Positions 11,256 through 22,107 of a stretch of 64,000 nucleotides of DNA are shown in pieces (position 1 is the stretch's first letter; each line of letters begins with the position of its first letter). Under the pieces are notes generated by a model. That model was not told where the DNA came from, searched no databases, and saw nothing but the letters and a program-made list of their open reading frames with translations. The position numbers and the translations under genes were made by a program. The stretch is from the NCBI GenBank assembly GCA_963789395.1, contig CAWBKP010000011.1, forward strand, positions 254,901-318,900. Direction: 5' to 3'. This DNA is from an uncultured delta proteobacterium. Its GTDB lineage: Bacteria; Desulfobacterota; Desulfobacteria; Desulfobacterales; Desulfatirhabdiaceae.

Positions 11256-12704
11256 CAAGGATCAGTTATCGGATTTTTCTTCGTAGTCCTGCATGTTCTC
11301 ATCCAGATCGCGCTCATCACCAGGGTGCTGCTGCGGCCCCATCGTGAACCGGCGTCACGGATCGCCTGGGTCGTCGTCATCCTGTCTTTTTCGGTGCTGG
11401 GGTTCCTGGCCTACATCCTGCTGGGTGAAACGAACATCGGCCGGCGCCGGGCGGAGCGGATGCGCGCGGTCCTCTCCCGTCTGCCGGATATAAGCGAAAC
11501 TGCATGCGCGGATGCGGCAAATTTACATGCCGATGTGCCGCAACATTACGCACATCTGTTTCAAGTCGGAAAATCGGTCAACGGCTTTGCACCTGTCGGC
11601 GGCAACCGGGCGCACCTGATGCCGGATTCCAACGCGGCTGTCGCCGCCATAGTGGCTGACATCGATGCGGCAACAGATCATGTCCATATACTCTTCTACA
11701 TCTGGCTGCCGGACAACAACGGTTGCAAGGTAGCGCAAGCGCTGATGCGTGCCGCTTCACGCGGCGTCACCTGCCGGGCAATGGCCGACAGCCTTGGCTC
11801 GCGCATCCTGATCGATTCCGAGCACTGGCAGGCCATGCATGACGCGGGAGTGCACCTTGCCGGGGCACTGCCGATCGGCAATCCGCTGCTGCGCCCCCTG
11901 AAACGTCGTATCGACCTGCGCAACCACCGCAAGATCGTGATCATCGACAACCGCATTACCTACTGCGGAAGCCAGAACTGTGCTGACCCGGAGTTTCTCA
12001 TCAAGGCCAGGTATGCACCGTGGGTGGATGCCCTGATGCGATTCGAGGGACCGATCGCCCGCCAGAATCAATATCTCTTCGCCGGCGACTGGGAGACCGA
12101 AACAGGTGAGGATATCAGCCATCTGCTCAGGCAGCCCCTCCTGTCGATTCCCCCCGGGCTTCCGGCACAGGTAATCGGAACCGGACCGACCGTTCGCAGC
12201 TCGGCCATGCCCGAGATGTTCGAGTCCCTGATGTACACCGCCCGCAGCTCACTCGTCATCACTACTCCGTATTACGTCCCCGACGAATCCCTGCAGGCAG
12301 GGCTCTGTGCAAGCGCCCGGCGCGGGGTCGATACAAGTATCATCTTCCCTGCGCGCAACGACTCCTGGATTGTCCGTGCGGCAAGCCGCAGCTATTATGC
12401 CGATCTGCTTGCTGCCGGCGTCCGTATTTTTGAATACGAAGGCGGACTGCTGCATACCAAATCCCTGACCCTGGACGGGGAAATCACCTTGATAGGGTCC
12501 GCCAATATGGATCGACGCAGTTTCGAACTCAATTACGAAAACAACATCCTGTTCCATGACCGGTCTTTGACGGCAGAGATGCGTCGCCGCCAGGAAATCT
12601 ACATCGCCGGATCCAAACCGATCACCGGTGAAATGGTGGCCTGCTGGAACCTGCGCAGCCGGCTCTGGAACAACACCATTGCCATGTTCGGACCCGTTTT
12701 ATGA
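11256..12704 (+). CDS. cls: cardiolipin synthase (start codon unclear, probably a sequence error near 11257)
   Basis: Two HKD motifs (RNHRKIVIID, LHTKSLTLD...GSANMDRRS), PLDc_N TM hairpin; reading frame open back to the AGGAG at 11250. Confidence 0.9.
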   Translation, partial: QGSVIGFFFVVLHVLIQIALITRVLLRPHREPASRIAWVVVILSFSVLGFLAYILLGETNIGRRRAERMRAVLSRLPDISETACADAANLHADVPQHYAHLFQVGKSVNGFAPVGGNRAHLMPDSNAAVAAIVADIDAATDHVHILFYIWLPDNNGCKVAQALMRAASRGVTCRAMADSLGSRILIDSEHWQAMHDAGVHLAGALPIGNPLLRPLKRRIDLRNHRKIVIIDNRITYCGSQNCADPEFLIKARYAPWVDALMRFEGPIARQNQYLFAGDWETETGEDISHLLRQPLLSIPPGLPAQVIGTGPTVRSSAMPEMFESLMYTARSSLVITTPYYVPDESLQAGLCASARRGVDTSIIFPARNDSWIVRAASRSYYADLLAAGVRIFEYEGGLLHTKSLTLDGEITLIGSANMDRRSFELNYENNILFHDRSLTAEMRRRQEIYIAGSKPITGEMVACWNLRSRLWNNTIAMFGPVL

Positions 12705-12733
12705 ATTATAAACACCCGTTTTTCGTTCAGCTT

Positions 12734-13825
12734 CTATTCTATATAGCGTTTACACAACTCGTTCCAGTTTTCCGTGTTCATGAATTTCAGCAGCGCCTTG
12801 TTTACCTGTTTGCGGATCGGACTGCTCGGCTGCAAGGCGATTCCCACGAAATATTCATCATAGGTTCCTGGCAGCGCCTGTACTTGACCCGGGAACTTAC
12901 TTTTTATCTCATACCTCATTATTTCTTCATTCAGAATAAACGCGTCGATTTTTTTGTCGGCAACCGCCATGAGACCTTGACTTAAACTCTCAAAGGGGAT
13001 GACGGCTATTCCCTGTTTTGTCAGAAAATCAAATCCTTCCGATCGGGATATCGATCCAACCCGCGCATGGTAGAGATCGCTGAAACCGCGAACCTTACCT
13101 CTCAACTCACCAAGGGTCAACGTCGTTGTGATATTGGCTGTAAAGCTGGCGATAAAAATGACTGAAAACATCATCCAGACGATCGCGATGCTTCGTCCGC
13201 CCATGGTTTTCGGGGCTTTGTCCCCATAGCCGACAGTGGTCATCGTCACCATGGCCCACCAGACGCCGTGCCCGATTCCCTTCAGGGTCCCGTCCCCGAA
13301 CATTTCGCTGTTCCGCCGCCTTTCAAACAACCAGAGAATGATTCCGACGACCAGGGACATCAACAGCAGCAATCCGAATGCTTTCAAAATCTGTATTGAA
13401 AATATGCTTTGGATAACGCGGGCCCATTTGTATTCGAGGCCATCAAACGGCACGGCAATGGACAGTCCCGATTTCAAATAGGATTGACTGAAATCCATGA
13501 CAGATATCAACCGCTCCCGAACCGGCATCGCGGGAATGACATCTATTTCCTGTCTGGTAAAGGCATCCAGCAACTGATCCATCCGGGAAAATTCAAGGTA
13601 TTCAAATGAAACACCCATGCCTTGCGCCAATGTCTGCCAGAGTTCGGCGCTGAAACCTTCCCAGTGATTATCCGCCGTTTTCATGAAGAGCGGTGGGGCC
13701 TCCATCACCCCGACCCTCAATTTTATCGGCGTTGTCGCCTCGTTCTGAGAATACGCTCGATCACAGATAACCAGAAGCGCCCAGACCACCATCAGTCCCA
13801 AGGTCAGTTTTTGGTTGGTTTTCAT
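12734..13825 (-). CDS. GluR0-like ligand-gated K+ channel (split family-3 substrate-binding domain around a 2TM pore)
   Basis: Signal peptide; S1 (LRVGVMEAPPLF...DFSQSY); TM1; WWAMVTMTTVGYGD filter; TM2 (ASFTANIT); S2. Confidence 0.88.
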   Translation of the reverse strand: MKTNQKLTLGLMVVWALLVICDRAYSQNEATTPIKLRVGVMEAPPLFMKTADNHWEGFSAELWQTLAQGMGVSFEYLEFSRMDQLLDAFTRQEIDVIPAMPVRERLISVMDFSQSYLKSGLSIAVPFDGLEYKWARVIQSIFSIQILKAFGLLLLMSLVVGIILWLFERRRNSEMFGDGTLKGIGHGVWWAMVTMTTVGYGDKAPKTMGGRSIAIVWMMFSVIFIASFTANITTTLTLGELRGKVRGFSDLYHARVGSISRSEGFDFLTKQGIAVIPFESLSQGLMAVADKKIDAFILNEEIMRYEIKSKFPGQVQALPGTYDEYFVGIALQPSSPIRKQVNKALLKFMNTENWNELCKRYIE

Positions 13826-13886
13826 ATCATTGTCCTGGTCCGGCCAAATGTCCCAAAATGCCCGATCCTCCGCCTCGGTACGGGAA

Positions 13887-15301
13887 TCATCCGCTAACCC
13901 CCAGGTCATCCGCCTCGGTTATCCAGCCGCCGCCCATGGCTTTATACAGGTTGATCAGCGCCTGGAACAGCGTGCCCTGGGTTTGGACATAGGCAAGTTC
14001 CACTTCAAAGAGGCTCCGTTCGGCATCCAGCACCTCGATGTAACTGGAATAGCCGTTGTCGAACCTGAGCCGTGCCAGGTCGGCGTATGTCCGGAGCGCC
14101 GCAACACGTTGGTTCTGGGCTTCGAGCTCCTGCGGGTCAGATTCTGGTCCGCAAGCGCATCGTTGAACTCACGAAAAGCCGTCTGGATGGTCTGCTGGTA
14201 CAGATGCAGATACTCCTGCTGCACCGCCTCGGTCACTTTTACCTGGCTGGATATCCTGCCGGCGGTGAAGATGGGGGCGGTAATCGGTGCGCTGTACTGC
14301 CAGACCTTGGCCGACCCGGTGAAGAGGTCGGAGAAATCGGAACTGGCAAATCCGAAGAAGCCGGTCAGGGAGATGGCGGGAAAATAGGCTGCCTTGGCCA
14401 CGCCGATCTGGGCGTTGGCGGCGATCAGGTTCTGTTCGGCCTGTTTGATGTCCGGACGCCGCTCCAGAAGATCGGACGGAAGCCCCTCCGGGATTATCGG
14501 CAGCTTCAGTTCATCGATGCTCTTGCCGCGGGGAACGGGACCGGGGTTTTGTCCCAGGAGCACGCTGATGGCGTTTTCCTGCAGGGCGATGGACTTCTGG
14601 ATCTGGGGAATGGTGGCCAGTGCCTGTTCATATTCTGACTTGCTCTGGGCCAGTTCCATTTCGTTGATGATGCCGCCCTCGAACCGGAGCTTGAGCAGTT
14701 CATAGGAATTCCTGCGCAGTTCGGCCGTCTGCCGGGAGATTTCCAGCTGCTTGTCCAGGTTGCGCAGGTTCACATAGGAGACCGCCACCGAGCTGACCAG
14801 GGTAAGGATAACCCCCCGGCGCCCTTCTTCGCTGGCCAGCAGGTTTGCCCTGGCAGCTTCGGTGCTTCTGCGGATCCGGCCCCAGATGTCCAGTTCCCAG
14901 GAAGCATTCAGGAGGACCTGCTGGTTGCCGGTAACGGTGTTATAGCCTGCGGGCAGATCGTTGCCGCTCTTTTCCGTGACCTGCTGCTGGCCGAACTGGG
15001 CCGATGCGCCCAGTTGGGGGTAGAGATCGGAGCGGACCACGCCGTAAAGGGCCGCGAACTGATCCACCCGGGCCGTTGCGATGAGAAGATCCTGGTTTTC
15101 ACGGATTGCCGTTGCGATGAGTTCGTTAAGGACCGGATCATCCAGTTGCCGCCACCAGGCGGTATTGGCCAGATCCTGTGCGTTTTTTTCATCAACGCGC
15201 CAGGATGCCGGCGTCTCCACCGTGGGGCGCTGGTAGTCCGGGCCGACCATGCAGCCGGCCAGGATCAGGGAGATGAAGGAGACAGCTAAGAGGTTACGCA
15301 T
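13887..15301 (-). CDS. RND efflux outer-membrane lipoprotein (NodT/OprM family; frameshift ~14135)
   Basis: LAGC lipobox, VGPDYQRP, SWELDIWGRIRR, LLERRPDI; C-terminal NLYKAMGGGW in the alternative frame. Confidence 0.9.
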
Positions 15302-18300
15302 GATGGCCACCTTCCTTTCCGCCCGCGTTGTCCGGGGATATGGGAGGATGGGCGCCCGTATCCCCCTTGTGCCCAAGCTTCTCGACCACATAGAAGGTGA
15401 CCGGGATGAGGAAGATGGCGATGAAGGAGGCCGCCAGCATCCCGCCGATGACCGTGATCCCCATGACCTGCCGGGAGATGGCGCCGGCCCCGCTGGCGAT
15501 GGCCAGCGGCACGCAGCCGAGGATAAAGGCAAAGGAGGTCATGAGGATCGGCCGGAGCCGGAGCCTCGCCCCGTTGAGGGTCGCTTCCATGAGGGTCTCG
15601 CCCTTTTCGTATTCCAGCTTGGCGAATTCGACGATGAGGATGGCATTCTTGGCCGCCAGGCCGATGAGCATGACCAGACCGATCTGGGCGTAGATGTTGT
15701 TCTCGAAGGAACGGAACAGCAGTCCGGCAAAAGCCCCGGCCACGGCGACGGGGGTGCCGAGAAGGACCGAGAACGGCAGCGACCAGCTTTCATACTGGGC
15801 CGCCAGGATCAGGAAGACGCAGAGGAACGAGAAGGCGAAGATCGCCACCGGCGAAACCCCCTGCTGGGCCTTCTTCTCCTGGAACGACATGCCGCTGTAG
15901 TCGTACCCCATCTCCCGGGGCATGGTCTGGGCGAAGACCTCTTCCAGCGCCTTCATGGCCTGGGTCGAACTGAAGCCCGGGGCGGCCGAGGCGTTGATCT
16001 GGGCCGACCGGTAGAGGTTGAAGCGCATGGTGAACTCGGGTCCGAGGATGTTGCGGACCGAGGTGAGCGCAGACAGGGGGACCGTCTTCCCCTCGCTGTT
16101 GCGCACGTAGAACTGGCCGATGTTTTCGATGTTGGTCCGGTAGTCCCCTCGGCCTGGATGAACACCTGCCACTGGCGGCCGAACTTGTTGAAGTAGTTGA
16201 TGAAGCCGCTCCCCATGAAGCTCTGCAGGATCTTGTAGACATCGGCGATGGGGACCCCCTGCTTGAGGACCTTGTCCCGGTCCACGTCCACAAAGAGCTG
16301 CGGCACGGTGGGGAGGAAGGTGGTGGTGACCCTGGCCAGTTCGGGCCGTTTTTTGGCCGCTTCGATGAACTTCTTCGTGTTGGCGGCCAGGAAGTCGATG
16401 TCCTTCCCGGCCCGGTCCTGGAGGATGAAGGTGACCCCGCCGGAGGTGCCGACCCCCATGATGGCCGGCGGCGGGAAGGCAAAGCCGATGGCGCCCGGGA
16501 TGCCGGCCATCTTCGCTGGAGATCTACTTCTTGATCGCCTCGTACTGCTCTTCCGGCTTCTTCCGCTTGGCCCACTCCTCCAGGGTGATGAAGAAGAAGG
16601 CGCTGTAGGTGTTCTGCACCTGGCTCAGCATGCTGTAGCCGATGATCGAGGAGCAATACTTGACCCCCGGGGTCTTGGTGATGATCTCTTCGGCCTGCCT
16701 GGCCACCTCGCCGGTTCGCTGCAGCGAGGCGGCGTCGGGCAACTGGATGCCGGCAAAGATGAACCCCTGGTCCTCGTCAGGGAGAAAGCCGGTGGGGAGG
16801 CTGCTTGCCCGAGATCCCGGCCAGAACCGTCACGCCCAGAAGCAGGAGGAGACTGGTCTTGCTCTTCCGGATGGCGGCGCCGCAGACGCGAAACGTAGCC
16901 GTCGGTGGCCCGGCCGAAGACCCGGTTGAACCAGTCGTAGAACTTCTGCAGCGGGCCGGTGCCCTTCTTCTTCGGCTTGAGGAGCAGGGCGCAGAGGGCC
17001 GGGGAGAGGGAAAGGGCATTGAAGGCCGAGAAGATGACCGAGACGGCGATGGTCACGGCGAACTGCTGGTAGAGCTGGCCGGTAATGCCGGGGATGAAGG
17101 CCGTCGGGACAAAGACCGCCGCCAGGATGATGGCGATGGCGATGACCGGGCCGGAGACCTCCTCCATGGCCTTGAAGGCCGCATCCTTGGGTGACAGGCC
17201 GTGCTCGATATGGTGCTCCACCGCCTCCACGACGACGATGGCGTCATCCACGACCAGGCCGATGGCGAGGACCAGGCCGAAGAGGGAGAGGGTGTTGATG
17301 GAGAAGCCGAGCATGGGGAAGATGGCGAAGGTCCCCACCAGCGACACCGGCACCGCCAGCAGCGGGATGAGGGTGGCCCGCCACCCCTGGAGGAAGATGA
17401 AGACCACAAGGATGACGAGGATGAGGGCCTCGAAGAAGGTCTGCTTGATCTCCTTCATCCCCTCGGTGACCGCCAGGGTGGTGTCCAGCGCCACCGTATA
17501 GTCCAGGTCAGGCGGGAAGCTCTTCTTCAGCTCCTCCATCAGCTTCTTGGCGCCGTCGGCAGCATCCAGGGCGTTGGTCCCCGGCATCTGGTAGAGGGCG
17601 ATCAAGGCACGCCGGCTTGCCGTTGAGTCGGGACTCCATGTTGTAGGTCTGGGCGCCCAGTTCGATGCGGGCCACGTCCTTGACCCGGACGATGGAGCCG
17701 TCCGGGTTGGCGCGGAGCACGATATTGCCGAACTCTTCCTCGCTCTGGAGCCGTCCCTGGGCCCGGACCGAGTAGGTGAACTCCTGCCCCTTGGGGATCG
17801 GGGCGGCGCCCACCTGTCCGGCCGGGTTGACGGTGTTCTGGGCCTTGACGGCGTTCATGATCTCCGGGATGGTGATGTTGAGCTTGGCAAGCTGGTCCGG
17901 CTTGACCCAGATCCGCATGGCGTACTGGCCGGCGCCGAAGACCGTAGACGCTGGCGATCCCCTTGATCCGGGTCATCTGGTCGTTGATGTTGATGTAGGA
18001 GTAGTTGGCCAGGAAGATGTTGTCGTAGGTCCCGTTGGGGGAGTAGAGGGCGAACATGATGAGCGGGGACGAGGTGGATTTCTGCCACCGTCACCCCGTA
18101 ATTGACGACATCCCGCGGGAGCTGCGACTCGGCCTGGCTTTCCCGCATCTGGGCGAGTATCTGGTCGGTGTTGGCGTCGGTCCCCAGCTCGAAGTAGTTG
18201 TAAAGGGTCATCATGCCGTTGTTGGCGTTGATGGAGTACATGTAGTCCAGGTTGTCGACGCCGGACATCTGCTGCTCGATGGGGGTGGCCACCGACTGCT

Positions 18301-18472
18301 CCACGGTGAGGGCGTCGGCGCCGGTGTAGGTGGCGTTGACCTGGATGGCCGGCGGGACGATGTTGGGGAACTGGGCGATGGGAAGCCGCGACATGGCCAC
18401 CAGGCCCAGGATCACCATGAGGATGGAGATGACCATGGCCACAATGGGGCGGTTGATGAAGAATTTTGACAT
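15294..18472 (-). CDS. RND efflux permease, AcrB/HAE1 family (multiple frameshifts)
   Basis: MSKFFINRPI, GLVLAIGLVVDDAIVVVE, GLAAKNAILIVEFA and RLRPILMTSFAFILG spread over six consecutive ORFs. Confidence 0.92.
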
Positions 18473-18478
18473 GGTGGG

Positions 18479-19732
18479 CTACCCCTTTCCGTCCGTTGGT
18501 GCGGCGTCCTTTTTCTCCGGTGCATCGGGGGTGAACGGCTTCGGGGTCACTGCGGCGCCGGGGCGGACTTTCTGGGTCCCCTCGGCCACCACGGTTTCGC
18601 CAGGCTTCAATCCGTCGGTGATGATCCAGTCGGAACCGATCCGCAGCCCCGCTTTCACCTGACGGATATCCACCTTGTTGTCGCTTCCCACTACCGCCAC
18701 CATGTATTTCCCCTGGACGTCGCTCACCGCCCGCTGGGGAATCAGGATCGCCCCTTTCTGCTCCGACATGAGGGCCTTGACGATGGCAAAACCGCCGGGG
18801 CGAAGCACATTTCCGGGGTTGGGGAAGAGCGCGCCCACCTTGAGGGTGCCGGTGGTGGGATCGATCTGCCGGTCGGCCAGGGCGAATTTGCCCTTTTGCG
18901 GGTAGATGCTGCCATCGGCCAGAATCAGCTGCAAGGGGACGTCCTCCAGCTTCTGGCCGCTGTCCCGCACCGACAAATATTCCCGCTCGCTGACGTTGAT
19001 ATACGCCTTGATCGGGTTGACGCTGGAAACGGTGGTCAATTCCTGGGTGGAAGTCGGTCCCACCAGGTTGCCGAGCTGGGTCTTGGCAATCCCGGCAATA
19101 CCCTCCACCGGGGAGGTGATTTTCGTAAACTCAAGATTCAATTTGGCGGATTCCACATTGGCCGTGGCCGCCACGATGGCGGCCTTGGCCGCTTCCACCG
19201 AGGCCCGGGTGGCCAATTCCCTGCCGGTGGCATCATCCAGGTCCTTCTGGGAGACGGCGTTTTTCGCCGCCAGGGGTTTGACCCTGGCCAGGTCGGCTTT
19301 GGCGGTCACATAAGCGGCCTCGGCCCGGGCCAGATCACCTTTGGCCTGGTCCAGAGCTCCCTTGGTCTGGTCCAGGACAGCCTGGAAGGTCCGGGGATCG
19401 ATCTCAAAGAGAACCTGCCCTTTTTTGACCACTTGCCCTTCTGTATAGTTCTGTTTGATGAGATAACCGGAAACCTGGGGCTTGATGACGGCGTTGACGT
19501 TGCCGTCCAGGGACCCGACCCACTCCTGGTAGATGGGAACATCACGGACGGCGACAGTAACCACTTCCACGGTCGGCGGCGGCGGGGCCACAGCCTCTTT
19601 TTTAGTCTCGCACCCGGCCGTTGCCAGCACTCCACAGAAGAGACAGACGATGATTCCTCTGCTCACCATTACCTTCAGACCGGTTTCCATACGGCTTCCT
19701 GTCAGTTGCATACTTGGCCTCCTGTCTCTCAC
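18479..19732 (-). CDS. RND periplasmic adaptor (membrane fusion protein)
   Basis: PQVSGYL, GQVVKKGQVLFEIDP, IDPTTGT and GLKPGETVVAEG; GTG start with GGAGG RBS. Confidence 0.92.
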   Translation of the reverse strand: MRDRRPSMQLTGSRMETGLKVMVSRGIIVCLFCGVLATAGCETKKEAVAPPPPTVEVVTVAVRDVPIYQEWVGSLDGNVNAVIKPQVSGYLIKQNYTEGQVVKKGQVLFEIDPRTFQAVLDQTKGALDQAKGDLARAEAAYVTAKADLARVKPLAAKNAVSQKDLDDATGRELATRASVEAAKAAIVAATANVESAKLNLEFTKITSPVEGIAGIAKTQLGNLVGPTSTQELTTVSSVNPIKAYINVSEREYLSVRDSGQKLEDVPLQLILADGSIYPQKGKFALADRQIDPTTGTLKVGALFPNPGNVLRPGGFAIVKALMSEQKGAILIPQRAVSDVQGKYMVAVVGSDNKVDIRQVKAGLRIGSDWIITDGLKPGETVVAEGTQKVRPGAAVTPKPFTPDAPEKKDAAPTDGKG

Positions 19733-19843
19733 GCCGATAAACCTCCCTTTATTTCATTCGAAAAATCGATGGTCGTCGCAGCCGTTCATGGCATTCAGCC
19801 ATCAAAATGGTCAAGTAGCCGGCGAAATGCATAACGCCGGCCG

Positions 19844-20343
19844 CTATTTCATCAAGGGAATGCTGTCGGCCAGTTCGTACTGGACGATGGCCTGAATCTT
19901 GTTTTCGATCTGGAAATACCGGGCGGCCTTCATTGCGGACACGGCCTTCTGGAATTTCGGCAAGTAAAGCTCTTTCAATGCCACGCGTTCTTTCTCAACA
20001 GCCAGGGATTCTTTCATGAGTTTCTGGGCGATGTCATTGGTCATGCTTTTATAATTCTCGGCATAATTCACGATAAGCTTTACCAGTCCGTTCATTGATT
20101 TTGGTCAGTTTGGCTTGATATTCCTGATAAATCGGCCAGAACGCCTTGGCTTCGGCTTCCGTAAGATCCATATTCGCAGCCACGACCAGTTTCTTGTCCG
20201 CATGAATTTTTTCCCGCAGAATTTCCATATTGCTTGCATCTGCCTTTTTTTCCTGCGCGCAAACCGGCGCGACTACCAGTGCAAAAGCCAGAATCCATGC
20301 TGCCATGATCACGGTCAACCCCGGGTAACGTTTCTCTATTCAT
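19844..20343 (-). CDS. conserved hypothetical exported helical protein, first gene of the RND operon (frameshifted)
   Basis: Signal peptide plus KKLVVAANMDLTEAEAKAFWPIYQEYQ...KAARYFQIENKI across ORFs 20049..20318 and 19844..20095. Confidence 0.7.
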
Positions 20344-20394
20344 CTTTGTTTTCCTTTTATGATTCGTTAAGATTTTAATTTTACGATTTTAAAT

Positions 20395-20423
20395 TCTATA
20401 GCATCAGCCATGGAGGCTGTCAA
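20395..20423 (-). promoter_or_regulatory. putative sigma70 promoter of the RND/channel operon
   Basis: Minus strand TTGACA-gcctccatggctgatgc (17 nt)-TATAGA, with TGn extension. Confidence 0.6.
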
Positions 20424-20470
20424 AACATCTATCTATGCGCTATATGAGCCGAAAGCCACTTTGCAAACGA

Positions 20471-21496
20471 CTAGTAGGAATAAAACAGCTTCTGCAGTTC
20501 CGTCAGCCTTCTTTTCTTCATCAGCGCAAGCATGAGCAGAATGCGGGCCTTTGCCGGGTTGAGCTCGTCGGATGCGATGAACCGGAGGCGGTCATCGTCC
20601 ACCTCGATATTCCGGCCCACCGTACCGGTGGGGACACGGGAACTCCGGACAATGATGATGCCCTGTCCGGCTGCCCTGGCTGCGGTTTCAAGCGCAGCTG
20701 CATTCATGTTGCCATTGCCGTCGCCGGCGATCACGATGCCTTTGGCGCCGCGGGCGACCGAACATTCAATCAGGTCAGCCGGCATGTCGGCACAGGCATA
20801 CACGATATCCACACGTGGCAGGGACGATACCCCTGCCACGGAAAATTCACTTTTATAGGTATGCCTTCGAAATGGTTTTCGGAAATAGGTGGTCTTTCCA
20901 TATATGACGGTTCCGATCAGCCCGTTCACGGGAGAAAGAAAGGTTTCCACCGACGTCGTGTTGGTTTTCGTCAATGAATGGGCGCCGTGAATCCGGTCGT
21001 TCATCACCACCAGGACGCCGCGGCCGGCAGCCTGCGGGTCGGCGGCAACGGCAACGGCATTATACAGATTCAGCGGGCCGTCCGCGCTGATGGCCGTTGA
21101 GGGGCGCATGGCGCCGGTCATGACCACGGGTTTTCTGCTTTTAACGGTCAGGCTGAGAAAAAATGCGGTTTCTTCCATGGTGTCCGTACCATGGGTGACG
21201 ACAATGCCGTCCGCCTCACCGGATGCAAAGATGTCATTGATTCGGTTGGCCAGCCGGATCATGATCTCAAAGGACATATCCTGGGAACCGACGCTGGCGA
21301 TCTGTTCCCCGCGGACATGGGCCAGCGCGGACATCTCGGGTACGGCGTCGATCATGACATCGATTCCCATCTTTGCTGAAGTATATTCGGCCTGTGCACC
21401 GGACCGGGCGGCGCCGGCAATGGTGCCGCCGGTCGCCAGGATGACGATTCTGGGCGTCTTCTTCTGCTCCTGATCGGAGTTTTTTGTTGTTTCCAT
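20471..21496 (-). CDS. L-asparaginase/glutaminase, type II-like, no signal peptide
   Basis: ATGGTIAG, GSQDM, HGTDTMEET, GAMRP...ADGP and LNPAKARILL motifs. Confidence 0.92.
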   Translation of the reverse strand: METTKNSDQEQKKTPRIVILATGGTIAGAARSGAQAEYTSAKMGIDVMIDAVPEMSALAHVRGEQIASVGSQDMSFEIMIRLANRINDIFASGEADGIVVTHGTDTMEETAFFLSLTVKSRKPVVMTGAMRPSTAISADGPLNLYNAVAVAADPQAAGRGVLVVMNDRIHGAHSLTKTNTTSVETFLSPVNGLIGTVIYGKTTYFRKPFRRHTYKSEFSVAGVSSLPRVDIVYACADMPADLIECSVARGAKGIVIAGDGNGNMNAAALETAARAAGQGIIIVRSSRVPTGTVGRNIEVDDDRLRFIASDELNPAKARILLMLALMKKRRLTELQKLFYSY

Positions 21497-21550
21497 GCTT
21501 GATATCCTTGATAAAGCCAGATGATTCCTGAAAATGGATGCGGATGGAAT

Positions 21551-21640
21551 TCAGTTCTTGGCGGTTTCCCGGTCGATCATCCTGTTCACGATGACGGCGC
21601 AGGAAGCATCCCCCAGAACATTGGTGGCGGTGCGCATCAT
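21551..21640 (-). pseudogene. C-terminal remnant of a dicarboxylate/amino acid:cation symporter (DAACS)
   Basis: Manual translation MMRTATNVLGDASCAVIVNRMIDRETAKN* matches the DAACS TM8 motif RTxxNVxGD; nothing homologous upstream. Confidence 0.75.
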
Positions 21641-22107
21641 GACACAAGAGGGGGGCGTCTCTTCCTCCATGACGATCTAAATGGCATCATTAAGATCGAA
21701 TTGAAATCGTACCGGCCCCTGTCAGTTGGAAGATTGACTGCTCAAGCCAAGTATGATGCGTGTTCATTCCACGGTCAATGTTTATCTTTCTCGGATTAAA
21801 CACTATTCGCTGCCAGTTTGCGTCACAGGTATAATCGTAGCCAACCCGGTTTGTTGGTTATGGATCAGACCAAAAAGCTCTCGGACCGGATCACGACCTG
21901 CTCCCATCATGTTTTCTATTCGAACAATTGTCTCGACACGGATTTTCATTTCCTGTAAGTTATTCTCATAAAATGTTCTGAAGATGAGCAGCGGTATATC
22001 CATCTGTTCTGTTGACAGAAAATCCAATGTCGGTCCCGTTCCCAATTTCCAAGGAAGCGATGATGTCAGGTATCGTATTCCATTCAAGAATCAAGCAAGA
22101 GGAGAAG

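Noticed and set aside
21660..22100. Short ORFs 21521..21799, 21753..21971 and 21803..22087
   Set aside because: No motifs or convincing RBS; probably a divergent promoter region with debris.
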